Shown: positions 1-13,245, numbered from the stretch's first letter. The stretch is DNA of 64,000 bases from Geosiphon pyriformis uo1 (GCA_016748015.1 JAAOMT010000749.1:35023-99022), one strand, 5' to 3'. A program made the numbers and translations. Notes: generated from the letters alone by a model not told the origin.

Positions 1-1823
1 GAATACTCTGTTCTAATTATCTATTTACCAGAAAATAATTTTTTATATTTGATATTAAAGATTAATTTGACTTCATTTGACCTCCTGACAAAATTTCATA
101 TAACTCTATGTACTTTTTGTGTTTTTTAATGAATCTTAAGTAGATGATATGAACTGATTACCGTATCTTACTAGGAGATGAGTAATATTTTCAAAGATTA
201 AAACACATGTTTAGAAATTCTCTATTGATATAATGTTTAGCATTTTTTTACCAGAATATTTCAACAGATATTTTTGATAAGCTTCATAGCAAAAAAAAAA
301 AAAAAAGGGCAAAATTCTCGTCTATCAAGTTATCAACGAGGATATGATATGAAGTTTAAGAAATAATATCGTTCCCACTTTTTAATGGGGAATAAAGTTT
401 CATACATGAGGTTAAAAATTGCGTTTTAAATACAAATAAGGATTGGTAAGGTCCATTTTGAGATTTGAGTAAATAATTTTCAGGGGAAATAAATATTAGA
501 CTTTTTTTTTGTTATCTTATATAATCTGAAGCATTACTTTGCTGCAAATTTAATGAATTCAATTCTTTCGCTTCTTAGAACGTTTTATCTCGGATCAAAA
601 AATTGAAACACAAACTGAGTACAAGGAACCTTTTAATTGAGCTAAATCCAGTACATCCAAGAAATCTTGTTTGTATTCAAGATTTTCAATAACTTTCGAA
701 CGACAAATTGCTAAAAAATTTTCCTCATATACAAAATGAAAAATGTTTGTTGAAAGATTTACTAATAAAATATCAAGAATATGTTCTCTTTGGTTTGAGG
801 CTGATTGAAAATTTGAAACTCAAATGCCTGATTTCATAAATAATTTGCTGGAAAGGTATTTTTATTAATTAATATGAAAGATTTTATCATATTTTAAAGT
901 TACTAAATTTCTTTTATTTTGAATTTTTCTTCTTATTTCTCAATTTTTAACCTAAAAGAGCTAAAAAGACCTGAAAGAATGAAACACTACATTGATCATT
1001 ATGCCTGGACCCTATAGTAATTTGTGCTAAGAAAATATTTAGCATGATAAATTCTGACGCATTTATATGAACGAAGGAATGTGTTTCATTTCTCAGGTAG
1101 GTATCTATGACCAATATATTTTTGTTTTTGGAAATATTATTGACATTGTTCTTTTATATTTTAATGATTAGGAAACTTTAAAAATTGACAGTTTTGAATT
1201 CACGCTACTTAATCGGATCTTCGTTTGCTAAATATTGACATTAAGTGAAATTATTGCACAGACTCCTCCAGGAAAAATCTATAATTGGCCAATTCTTCCA
1301 AATCCCGTGCTGAATCACCTGACAAATTTAAATAACAAAGTTTCACATTAAATACTTGAATTATCAACCAAATGCATAAACTTCATTATCAAAGCGGGGA
1401 TGATATTTTGGTCTTGGTTCATAATTTTCTAAATCCAAACAAATAAATACGAACTATTTGTACGAGAGATATCGCACATTTCCCTAAGAATGGATAATCA
1501 AAGATTGAACATCTCCGAAGTTTGATCGCAAATTGGAATTCCCCATAGGAATTGAGTAAACAATAAAATGGTATTTATCAAGAGTCTTCTTTGTCATGTT
1601 CGGTTCACAGAATTTGACTTTTGTTAAAAAGGTTTCTCACAACCGGTGAAAGTTGAAATTAGCTTTCTCTTGGCGTATTTTTGGATTTGCTTGAATTGAT
1701 ATCAATACCATCTAAATTTAAGAAATCAAAGGGACAGCTTAAAATTCGAGAAATAAAAGAGTTTCAAAGTAAAACTAGAATACTCAAAAGGTCATTGTTA
1801 AGCTTGAAAGTTGAAAAAAGAAT

Positions 1824-2213
1824 ATGACTTCAAAAAATACTCCCACTAAAACTAAGTCACTGTCAAAATCAACAAAAAAAGCAAATCCAACCGAACGGAT
1901 CGAATTCTCATCACTGACCTCTAGCCCCTCAGACATAACACCAAAACCCACCTATACAAAAATGGCAGAAATTCAAGCAGCCCCATTAAAAAACAATATA
2001 GAAAAAGGTCTAGCAAGTGTGTTTTTGATTATTTTCATACTACTTGTATTGGTTGGAATAACGTGGGTTTATGGAAGTTGGAGACGTCGGGCTGAAGAAC
2101 GTCAACGACGGATACAAATTTTAAAAGAAATCGAAGAAGAAGCTGCCTGGCACAAGCCTGGTGCTGCTATGGCAGAAATTTTAATCGATTATTCCGACCC
2201 GGAAAGAAAATGA
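1824..2213 (+). CDS. Hypothetical single-pass membrane protein (129 aa)
   Basis: ATG-started ORF with a Ser/Thr/Lys-rich N-terminus, one strong hydrophobic segment (LASVFLIIFILLVLVGITWVYG) and a following basic cluster (WRRRAEERQRR). Family not recognised. Confidence 0.6.
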   Translation: MTSKNTPTKTKSLSKSTKKANPTERIEFSSLTSSPSDITPKPTYTKMAEIQAAPLKNNIEKGLASVFLIIFILLVLVGITWVYGSWRRRAEERQRRIQILKEIEEEAAWHKPGAAMAEILIDYSDPERK

Positions 2214-2468
2214 AATGTGGAACAAAAGAATTAAGAGTTTTAGCGAGAAATATTGAAATGATAAGAGATTGAGTGATTTAAATTTGTAAATAATATCAAA
2301 TCATTCATATTATCATAATCTCTTAAGACTCGAGTTCTTAATTTTGGTCATATTGTAATAATAGCTTGAAATTCTGTCTCGCTTAGTTTTTCTATTCACA
2401 CAGCAAGGCCGAAATATTCATTTGAATTGAAGTTTATAGAGCGTTAACTTCCCATCAAAATAGCTGAA

Positions 2469-2470
<2 letters not shown>

Positions 2471-2512
<42 letters not shown>

Positions 2513-2517
2513 TTTTT

Positions 2518-2554
<37 letters not shown>
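2471..2554. repeat. Poly(T) tract of about 84 nt (poly(A) on the minus strand)
   Basis: Directly visible; interrupted by only two A residues. Confidence 0.9.
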
Positions 2555-2556
<2 letters not shown>

Positions 2557-2868
2557 CTTTGTAAACCTCAAACTCCAAAAAAAAAAAAACAGATTATAAA
2601 ACTAAATATGTAACAATAAAATTATCCAAAGTTCATTTTAATAGTTTGAAAACAAACCAATCCATTTAATCTTACCAATCAGGCTATATTGTTATAATTT
2701 GATTTTAGAAATATTCTAGATATTTTTAAATTTACAATTTAAGAAATTAATTTTCTGAACGATAAATTTAGGGACGAGAAGACCAAACAAGTTTTTAAAA
2801 ATTTTTTAAAGTATTAAATTTTTTTATTAAAAAGAAGGGAAATAAATTTTATTTATAAATATATTTAA

Positions 2869-4444
2869 TCATATGATCTCCTCCTCGGGAATGGGTCCCA
2901 AGAACCATGAGATAACACTGCAGGCCAATAAAGCACCAGCACTAGTCCATAAACACGCATACAAGCCAACGTATTGGTATAATAATCCACCCAAAACTAA
3001 CCCAATTAATCTCCCAATCGCATTTGCCATATAGTAAAAACCAACATTCATAGCTACTTTATCGCGATGACAATAAGCTAAAATTAAAAAAGAATGAACC
3101 GAAGAATTAATGGCAAAAATGAAAGCAAAAAGAAATAAGCCTGCGATTAATAAAGCAACCAGAAGAGTGTGATCAGAGGTAATCGAGAGGAAGGTCAGTA
3201 CAAATGAAACTAAAATAGTGATGATTAATAGGATCAAAGTAAAGGGAACAAGTATACGACCTGTCGTAATTGGGTATAAATGAATAGGTTTTAAAATGAG
3301 TTGTGGAGTGCTTGATTGTACAAAACCATAGAAGATTACCCAACAAGCTAAAAAAGCTCCTGTACTTATGTACGACCTAATGAAAGTGGAAAGGTAAACT
3401 TTTGAATCAAAAAAGATCAATTGTATAATAAAGATATTAGCTTACCATCCGATTGGACCTCGTAGAAATACAGGTACTGGAACTTCAAACCATAAATCGC
3501 GAGCTCCAAATAAAAACATTCTGGCCAAGGATAATATATTAACATTTCGTCCTTTGTTAAAAATTTCACGAAATGATAATGGTTTCTTCCTTTTGCTAAC
3601 AGCCAAATTTCTATCAAGAAAATACCAAGCAAAAGGAACAACAACCAAATTCATAGCCAAAAGGACTGCTAAACCGGGAATATATTTTAAATAGTTCAAT
3701 AGAAATGCTCCCAAAAAAAATCCAGCTCCTTTAACGGAATTTTTTGCTCCAGTTAACCAAGCCACAGTTTTAAAAAGTGCTGTTTGGTGATCATTCTTAG
3801 ATTCATCATGTGGGACAAGCTTAGTAACTGATTTACCGCCAAGTTTGATCATGTCTTTGGCCACTCCACTAAAGCCTTGAGCAATTACGATGTATATGAT
3901 TGTAAGTAATCTTGACCATTCACGTTGTAGTCCACAAAGAATTGAAATCCCTATTATTTGTGCCACGAGCCCGAACAAAAGACAAAAACGAAGACCAAGA
4001 CGTGATCCTAGAATCCCTCCAACCAGGTTTGTTATCACTCCCAAAAATTCGTATAAAGTAAACATCAAAGATATTTGAAGAGCCTGAAAATAAGATAATT
4101 GTTAATTATAATTTACAAAATATTAATAATAATAATTGCCATAAATTTAAATCTTTTTATGTTACATTGAAATGTCGCGTATATAACTCTAGCAAAACAA
4201 TCATTCGTAGTCCAGAGTCAGTGAGGGTAAATAATAGGTATCCTCCAGCAATGATGTAAAAATTTCGCATTGACATTTTAGGATTGTGATCTTCAATCTC
4301 TAACGTTGCCACTTCTATGTGAGGATTTTGGTTAATTATTTCATAATCATTATTTGGAGATTTATCCGGAATTTGAGAAACTGATTTTTCCTTATTTTTG
4401 GGTGTTGTAGTTTGTAAAATTTTAGAAGAATCAATATTTGACAT
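2869..4444 (-). CDS. arsJ: ArsJ-like organoarsenical efflux MFS permease, 3 exons (4444-4166, 4083-3446, 3376-2869; 474 aa)
   Basis: Two GT..AG introns join three ORF pieces in frame (1425 nt). Motifs match the bacterial ArsJ family as I recall it: FTLTDSGLRM, YEFLGVITNLVGG, AQGFSGVAKD, LTGAKNSVKGAGFFLG, ARMFLFGARDLWF, FAINSSVHSFLI, VGFYYMANAIGRLIG. Confidence 0.88.
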
Positions 4445-5584
4445 GATGAAAGAAATCAATTTCCCTTTCTTTCTTTTTCTTTTTTTTTTTTTGAAAATGT
4501 CCAGGTAATTCGATACGTTTTATACCGAATTAATTGAAGTTTTGTTTACTTTTGTTAAATTGAGACAACAAACAAACTATGCGCCAATGCCAGTAACTTT
4601 TGACTAGAAAATAAGTATTTTGACCGTTCATAAAATTTTTTGAATTAAAAATTCCTTTAAAGATCCAATCACATTTGCAGGAAGTTCGCTGTACGAATTA
4701 AAAATTTGTAATTTTTTACAGCAAATCATACCGTCATTCTCTTATCCTAAATGGTTTGCTAATTAAAAATTCAAAAGTCATTTTCACCCAATCGGAAATA
4801 TTGGTTTCTTTTTGTCATTATCCAAAAAAAAAAGGGGAATATTAAAGGGTTTATATGATCATTTGGTATGAATCTTTTTGATTGAGGCTCATAATTTGTA
4901 ATATTATTTGAGAATTTTAAAAGAGTAAAGTTAAACTTTCATCAGGAGGCTGAAAATCTTTAAATCAGTAAAAAAGGGTTTATTACAAATTAGTCTTGTG
5001 ACAATTAAAAATTCAAGCACCAAGCCCTTTTAAGCCTCGATAATTTTGGTCTATTTAAAAGAGCCTCAAAAATTTTTCGTATTAGAAAGGATAAGGCTGC
5101 GGAAAAATCAAGTGATAATTCACATCTCGTAAAGCTTTCTACGCTTTTGGCGTAACTCTTGATACCATTTGCTTCCGTCAGAACAAACCCTCTCAAATAT
5201 TTTCAAGGTATTTATTTCATATGATAACATAGTAATTGTCACAAATTCTAACCCTTTATTGGCGTTGACACATTTTCTAAAAGAGGCCAAAAATCTGAAT
5301 ATGTTTATTATCTTTATTTTTTTTTCAAGATCTGTTAATGGAACTGAATTCAACAGTATTCTTATATCAGAAATTTCTCACTATTTCCAAATCTCTGGGA
5401 GCTTAATTACCCAGTGGTGGGAATTCGTCGGAAATCATTTTTTTTAAAAAAAACTAGCAATTTTTATTTTCACTTGGATTTGAGACACGGAAATGTTGCC
5501 GAATCATTAACTAATTTAAATGTGACACATTTTTTAAAAAAAGGCTGATAATCCTATTGAAAAATCTCATATAGCTTTAATCTA

Positions 5585-7272
5585 CAGTCAGACCTCCATA
5601 AAAGAGCCCTCGATAAAAGAACAACCTCTTACAAAAGAACATTTTTTTATAGAACCAATTGATTAATTAACAATTTTCCCTTTATATAAGAAAAATCTAT
5701 AAAGGAACAAGAACATAATTTTATCAAACGTTTATTCGAAATTTACCTTCATATAAGAATAAAAACAAAAACGAGTAGCAGTTAATAATGCTCTTCGTAA
5801 AGAAATTTGTCAATATTCCAAAAATCACTATGGCATGAAACATGATAATATTGTAGCTTACTTCAATAATAAATATCCAGAACTTCATATTTCTCGTCCA
5901 ACTGTCTCCAAGATAATCAAAGAGCATGCAAAGTGGTTGAATATTGAAATTGATGAAATCTCAGAAAGATCTATTCGACACAAAAGCGTTAAATTACCAT
6001 TATTAGACCAAGCTTTAAGTTATTGGATAGAACAAGTAACTGCAGCCACTATCAAATTCAATGATCAACTAATTAAAGAGAAAGGAAAAGAATTTGCCAA
6101 ACTTCTTGGTATGCACGAAAATGAAATACAATTCTCAAATGGATGGGTTCAAAAATTCAAAAAACAAAACCAGTTACGTGTTTACTGATTTCATGGTGAA
6201 GCAGGAAGTGTATCAACTGAAAGTTTACTAAAAGAACGAAGAAAATTAAAAACCATTATATCCGAATTTGATCCTGCTGACATATATAATGCTGATGAAA
6301 CAGAATTATTTTTTCATATGGGACCAAATCAAACATTTGCAAATGCAGGAAAAAAATTGGTATATTATATTTACCAATTGTTATCGTTATATATTATTGT
6401 TATATTAAATTAATTGGGTTTTTTATAGGATAAATCTCAGATTACAATTCTTGCTACAAATTCAACTGGATCTCACAAATTGCAACCTTTAGTAATTGGA
6501 CATGCAAAAAATCCAAGATGCTTTAAAGGAATTAATACTTCCAACCTACCTGTAATTTACAAATTCAATTTCAAAGCATAGATGCACTCAGATATATGGA
6601 AAACATGACTCAAATATATAAATAAAGACTTTCGAATTCAAAATCAGCATATATTACTTTTGATTAATAATACAACTTTTCATCATACTCAAATCGAGGA
6701 AGATTTATTTCAATTGACCAATATTACTTTGCACTATTTTTCTCCAAAATAAATTAAACATAAAACAAACAATTGATTATATTGTTCAATTATGGTTTCA
6801 AGTAACACCTGTTACAATTCAAAACTGTTGGCAAAAAATGGATATTCTTTTCTATAATCAAGAATTAGAAATTCAAGAATCCGAAACATCAATTGCTATA
6901 GATATATTCAACAATTTACCATCAAATGCACAACAATTGGTCAAAAATCTCGAAGATTATACTGTAGCAGTTGATAAATTATTGGCAACTGAAAATATTC
7001 TTGATGATAATGAAATTGTAGATATGGTTTTACCCGATGCTCAAATTGAAACCAATACAATTAATGACTCGGAAGAAGAATTAGAAGAATCTTCACCTGC
7101 TATAATTACAATTACAGAGCATATGAAGCATTAAAAAAGGTAATTAGATTTGAAGAGCAATTAGCAGAAGAAAATTTTAGTATAGAAAACCAAAATTTAC
7201 TTAGAAAAAAATTATATGAATACGAAAAAATGAAGGAAAATTCTAAAAAACAGGTAACAATTAATCAATATT

Positions 7273-7310
<38 letters not shown>

Positions 7311-7433
7311 TGATTGATTTAATAAATAAATATAGTTTATTTGATAATAATTATAAAACTCTATAATAGAACACCTCTAAAATGGAACATAATTTGCATG
7401 TCCCAACTGTGTTCTTTTATAGAGGTCTGACTG
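5585..7433 (+). mobile_element. pogo/Tigger-like DNA transposon (Tc1/mariner superfamily) with a pseudogenised transposase
   Basis: TIRs CAGTCAGACCTCCATAAAAGAGC (from 5585) and the reverse complement ending at 7433 match at 21/23, with TA on both flanks. CENP-B-type HTH (LDQALSYWIEQ..LIKEKGKEFA..FSNGWVQKFKK) and DDE remnants (IYNADET, LVIGHAKNPRCFKG) carry stops and frameshifts. Confidence 0.9.
7275..7310. repeat. (AAT)n microsatellite inside the pogo-like element
   Basis: About 12 AAT units directly visible. Confidence 0.85.
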
Positions 7434-8223
7434 TACTATGAAATTTACCATAACTGAGAGACTAGGAGCTGCGTAACATGGCAATTTTTGAAAAAATGAG
7501 CATGTTTGAAAATCCTCATCATTTTGTGTCACCCTTTATTCATGCTGTTGTAAAGGAAAGAATATTTCTCGCAATTAAACCAATGCATCAAAGGTAGTTT
7601 AGAAGTTTTGACTTTATTTTGAGTGTAAAAAAGCTCAATTTTAATTTCAAAATTATTGTCTAATAAGGTAGCAAAAATATTAATATTTGATAAAAAAAGG
7701 AAAAATAATTGATGTTTCTTTAAATATATTTCCAAGTCGATAAAATTCAAAAGTCTTTCTTTTTTGGACTCTGAATAGTTGTCCCGAGATTATTATCATA
7801 GCTGAAAATGTGAGATAAATTGAAAATACGTCATCCGAAATTTTTATTAAAACAATCGTTTGTTGACCTTTTATTTTGATCCTAAAGAAGATTTGAGCTA
7901 ATATCACATTGATTTTAAATAAACTGACTACAGATCAATCGTGAGACATTTTATAGAGTGGATATGAGATTATGTGGAATTTCAAGAATAATTTTTTTAG
8001 ACTAAAAGAGGTGATATCATGAATTAACAAATTATTTTTTTGTTAATAAATACGAGGAAAGACTTTTAAACATATATAATTAATGAATAATTTTTAATTT
8101 AGGAATTTTTTAGTTTATTTTTAATGAATTTTGGTGCCCGAAATTTCTAAAACCAATACTCCAATTTTGAGCCTATTAACCTCTAGGAGCTTTTTAGACA
8201 TAATATTGCGAATAAAAGAAAAT

Positions 8224-9558
8224 TCAGGAATTAGAACGTAAACATAGACCCATAAATTTTCCAAAATAAGGCCCAAAATGTGAATCAGGTTCATTTGGAT
8301 ATCTCCTTTGAGGTTTTTGATTGCAATACTGAAAAATTTAAATGTTATTATTGAAGTCAAAAAAAGCAAATAAAATAATGTATACGATCTAAATATAGTT
8401 GTTACCGGATTCTCTTCTAAATATTCATTAGTCATTATTGAAAAACATTCGTAAACTGTTTGTCCTAAAGTGTTACAATCGCAAGAAGCAGAGTTTGATA
8501 TCCAAAATTCTCGTTGATGATGAAGATAACCATCTTTTCTGGAAGGAAGCTGTGGGATTAAGTCATCACTATGGGTAAATCGAAATGTTTTTGGAATAAT
8601 TTGGTTGACATGATCAGCAAATTGAATATTTCCAAGTCTTGGTTGGCCAAAAGTCACTGTCCTTACATCTGCCTTTGTAATATCGAACTTGAAGGCAAGA
8701 GCAGCGAAAATCGCCCATACTATAAAAAAATATTTGTTATTTTAGGCATCAAGGTGAGAATTATAAAGTGAAAACTTACCAGCACCTTCACCATGACCTG
8801 TGAAATAAAACCAATATTTTTCAAATCTATTATCTGATACCAGATCCGCAATTGTTCGAACTAGTGAACGTTGAGCAGATAAAAACCGATAATAAAAATG
8901 TGCATTAACAGAAGCACCTTCCACATCTTCAAACTGAGTAAGCCGTGTTTTAGCAGGGCTCCAGTCTTCTATGCTGATTTTATTCCCTTTGAAATAAATA
9001 ATAATAATGTTTGGTTTTAACCAAAATATTTCTTTAGATTCCGGCTTGATAACTGCATGGGCTGTTAGCATTCAAACAAAGATCACATGAGAAGTCTTGA
9101 AGTGAGAAGTTGAATTGATTCGTAGTCATAAAATTTTTACCATATATTCCGTCACCAAATTTGAAACTTTCATCAAGACAATAGGCTTTTTGTGCAAATC
9201 CTGCATGTTCTTCGAAGAAATTGAGCAAATCCTGATCAGTTATTGCCACTTTTTTTTCAGAGTTTTCTTCTGTAGAACGTGGCATCATCATAAACATATT
9301 TGATCGATTGAAAAATTTATTGGACGTTCTGAATTTTCGCTGATCTTTGAGTTTCACCTCATCACGAAAATGAATCGTTCTTGTTTTGTTTTCTGAAATT
9401 TTTGTTGCAGTATTTTTTTTGGTCCCAGGGCAGTTGTGGGGCATAGTGTTGTATAAAAAATTTGTAAATTTTATCAAATGATTCAAAATTTTTAATAATA
9501 TCAATATTAAAAAGAAGTAAAATATAAATCTAAACTTGGAGATTGTGAATGGAAACAT
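8224..9558 (-). CDS. Class-3 lipase-fold protein A, catalytic Ser replaced by Gly; 4 exons (9558-9141, 9061-8780, 8719-8406, 8328-8224; 372 aa)
   Basis: Spliced ORF of 1119 nt. N-terminal hydrophobic segment; motifs AYC, FTGHGEGA (elbow, normally GHSLGG), TFGQPRLGN, THSDDLIPQLP, HHQREFWI, SHFGPYFG. Confidence 0.85.
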
Positions 9559-10921
9559 ATCTAAAAGGCAAAATGAAAATAGGTAACCAGGTTACCTATA
9601 ATAAATTTTAATGAATCTTTATTTCAACTAAACAAGCAAAGATCCCGGAAAAAATTTATCGATCGCAGCAAGAAATAAAATGTCGATTCTGTTATTTACA
9701 ACTTTATTTCCCACACTCCAAAGCCAATGAATTTTTAACCCGCCCGAGAGAATCTTTAATTTGAAAAGCAAGTCAATATCTGATCACAATGAAATTTACC
9801 ATCAGTAACATGAGAGATCAAAATAATTCCTGCCTGTAAATTCTCAAATACCCTAACTTGGTTTTTATGACTTTTTACATTATACTTATAATTTCAAAAT
9901 AATTCACAGTAACTGCGAAAAAGGACAATTAAGCCGAGAAGATTTTTTACGGGGAATCTGTAGAATTATAGAAAATTAGAAAATAACATCAACAGTTTGA
10001 CCTTACAAAAATAAACTAACCAACTCCCTATTCGGATGATTTTTATTTGAGACGTCAATATTATTTGTTTTAGCATTTATTGAAGGTTTGAAAGGTGACG
10101 ATTCCCCAGTTGGCCAATTTGTTTTTATACCCTGGGGGGGGGGGGGGGGAATTCAGAAGTTACAGCCAATTTTTCATGAGCTTAAAGAATTTCCGCAACA
10201 TATAATGACTAATAGATTGCATGCTTGCCTTTAATAATTAATTCACATTTAATTATCCCAATAATTCCAAATATCCTCCCCAGTTGCGTGACTTTCAAAT
10301 TTTCTTTCATGACATTTTTCCAGTCATTAGGTGTAATCTGTAATATTTGAAGTTCATAAATTTCGGAAATATCAGGCAGAATACCAAGTCCATGATTTCG
10401 GATCTATGACTTTAGGGCTATCACAAGACATTAAAAGAATTAAGTCCTCTTTATTAATAAAACTTTCCCCCTTCAATAAAGCGAAAAGCCTCAAATATAT
10501 TTTCTTCATCAAAAAGTGTTTTTGTGATATTGCAGTTAGCAAATATGATGAATTAAAGTTTTAAAGTATTTTAATTAGTTTAGCTACTTACGTAACAATT
10601 ATGAATCTCATGTACTTGTATACAATTATAAGGTTCATTCTAAATTTAGGCAATTACTAATAACAGATTCAAAAGTGATATCAAACTAGAGATGTATTAA
10701 TCATTTTAATATTAAATCAAAATAATACTAAATAAACAGTTTCAATTCTCACAATCTGTGGAGAATCCTTGTTCAAAGCGACATATTTCTAGGTAAGCGG
10801 AGTTCAAATTTAGGTACAACTCTTCTAATGAAATCTTTTAAAAAGGAACACGATGAATTTAAATACGAAATCAGAGTGAGAAAATGATTTAAGTCATAAA
10901 GTCGAATCAGCTGTACAAATA

Positions 10922-11870
10922 CAGTGCACCGCGAAAGTATTCGACCCCCCTCCGATAAAGTTATAAGAAATGAATTTTATTTTATTTGTAATTTTACAAA
11001 ATATTCTGATCATTAATACATTTTATAATAACTTCAATTAATGCATCAATTCGATTTTTCATACTACAGACAAGATTTGCAGCAAGTTCATCAGGTAAGC
11101 GGATTCCACTCTTTTGCTAATTGTGCTTTTAATCCTGCAAAGAGTTTCAATTTTTTTGTGATGTTAATAAATAGATTTTGGTCAGGTGACATTGATGGCA
11201 ATGGGATGACATTTCTTCAACAATGTTTTGAATCGTTATCCTCTTGCAAGATCTAATTTATAGTCCCGAAAAACACATCAACAAATGGAAGAAGAACCTG
11301 TTTGTCTATTGTAATCATAAGATCAGCATTGAAATTGTGTTGGGAGCTAACCAACTCATCAAAACCGAAAGCTTTAAAACAGCCCAATATACATTGACCT
11401 TTAACGGATGTTTCACAGACCGGAATAATTTTCTTCGTCCAGGAAACTGTAAAACTTTTTAATGTTGGTCGTGGTTAAAGGAATTGTGCTTTCGTCTGAA
11501 AATACAATTCAAAAACTTTATAATTTTTAGCCTACTATAAACTTTTTTTTTATGTTTGTCAATGAGTAACGGTTTGGAAATTTAGCCATATATATTACCT
11601 TCATCTTCACCTTTACGTAAACGTCGTTGAATAGTGCCCCCGTTGTATATTAGTGGCGGTTATATTAATTTCCTTTTTTTCAAAGTTGTACAATTTCGGC
11701 AATTTGTTTTGATATCGTGATTCGACTTTGGTTGATCACTCAAGTCTTTTTGTTTCCTCCCACTTTTTAACCCAATAAAGTGCAAGTCCAAGTTTCAGGC
11801 CTTTGGAATTTTCATTAAAAAATTATTAGCATTTATGAGATTTTTTGTCTTTGGAAAATCTTTACACTCA
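10922..11870 (-). mobile_element. Degraded Tc1-like transposon relic
   Basis: Minus-strand remnants VFSDESTI (~11490), LQEDNDSKH (~11235) and PSMSPDQN (~11185). A TA|CAGTGCACC.. end lies at 10922. The other TIR was not found, so the upper boundary is approximate. Confidence 0.7.
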
Positions 11871-12844
11871 ATTATGAAACATTATTCGAAATAAAATCAG
11901 CATTCAAGATTGTGAATTAAAAGTAAATAAGGGCGGAATCTATTGATGAATATCTAAGAAAATTTATTATAGCCAAGTGGGTAACAAAGATTTGGTCAAC
12001 GCAAATATCTTTTTTTCTTTGTGTATTAATGGAAAAAAAAAGCATTTCTAAAATTCTCGACTTGGCACCAAGTCATTATCAAAAAATTCATTTGATGAAA
12101 GTCCAATTTTGAGTACTGCTTCTGATTATCACATTTAATTGAAAGAAACTTACCAACAAAAGCAGCAACGTGTTAAAGTGATTGTGACATTTGATATTCA
12201 GCCTTTTTATGAATGAAAATTTATTTTAGTGGTTTCATTATATTTAATTATGTTCGGAAAAAAATTGAACGGCAAAGAAAATTTTACAAATTAAAGATAT
12301 TCAAAATATTTTGTTTTAAGAATAAATTTTATTGGGTTAAAAAAGATTTTTCTTGTCTGATAATTAATTATAAAAAGATAAATATCCTGTTTTTGAATTT
12401 GCTCTGAAAGGCTAAACATTTTGAAAAGTGAAGTGAATCAATGATTTCTTTAAAACTTTTTTCGAAGTTTGATAAATGAAGTCGTAAGATTATAGTATTC
12501 AAAAGGTTTCTTGAGTTTTCATAGCGTTTTTCGTAGCTTAGTACAACACTAGAAAATTGAGATCGTTTTGTCTTTTATAGAATTATATTTATGAGTTTGT
12601 TTATAAATAGAGCTAGCTTACCTAACGAGAAAAATTATAAGTTCTTTCAACAGGTTTTCAAAATATCTTATATATAAGCAGATTTACTCTGTCTTCTCGT
12701 ATTAAAAAATATTTTTTTGTAATTTTATGCTTTCTAACTTAAATAGATTCAAAAATTATACACAAAATATTATAAAAAACATTTTTCTATCTGACCCTCC
12801 CTTTTAACGCCCTTAAATTTGGCCTTTCCACTTCAGCGATTACT

Positions 12845-13245
12845 TTGGTCAACAGACATCAAGGCGACTTCAACGGAAACGGCAATTGCAATGGAAATGT
12901 TGGAGATGGTAACGGTAATCTTAATGGAAATCTTAACAATGGATCCTTTAACGGCAATGGTAATGGAAACTTGAACGGGCGTAGCTTCAATGACAGCAAA
13001 AATGGAAATGGAAACGTTGGTAATGCGAATGGAAATGATAACGGTAATTTTTAACAGTGGTTCTGCCAATGGAAATAGTATAATGGCAACAATAACTATG
13101 GTTCATTGAACGGTAACAACAATGAAAATGGAAATTTTAGTTACTGGCGATAGGGCGGTTATTATTATACTTATCCTGCTACTCGTTACTATAAAAATGG
13201 AAGTTTTAATGGAAATAATAATGCTATTGAAAATATAAGTGGTTA
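12845..13245 (+). pseudogene. Frameshifted Asn/Gly-rich 13-aa tandem-repeat protein gene
   Basis: About 7 units of consensus xNGNxNGNxNxGS continue across two frameshifts (~13050, ~13080). No intact start codon was seen. Confidence 0.6.

Noticed and set aside
100-1700. Exon/intron-like texture (e.g. GTAGG..TTAG at ~1097-1171) suggesting a gene relic
   Set aside because: No sustained ORF or recognisable motif was found, so I cannot support a call.
2869-4444. Bacterial contamination or an endobacterial ars operon
   Set aside because: The gene has two canonical spliceosomal introns, host-like AT content and no neighbouring arsR/gapdh/arsC genes.
10134-10149. Poly-G run (another at ~55397-55417) as possible G-quadruplex elements
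   Set aside because: These are simple homopolymers. The second is a slippage expansion inside a dead transposase, and there is no evidence of function.
12833-13069. Minus-strand hydrophobic Ile/Ser/Val-rich ORF
   Set aside because: Antisense shadow of the Asn/Gly repeat.
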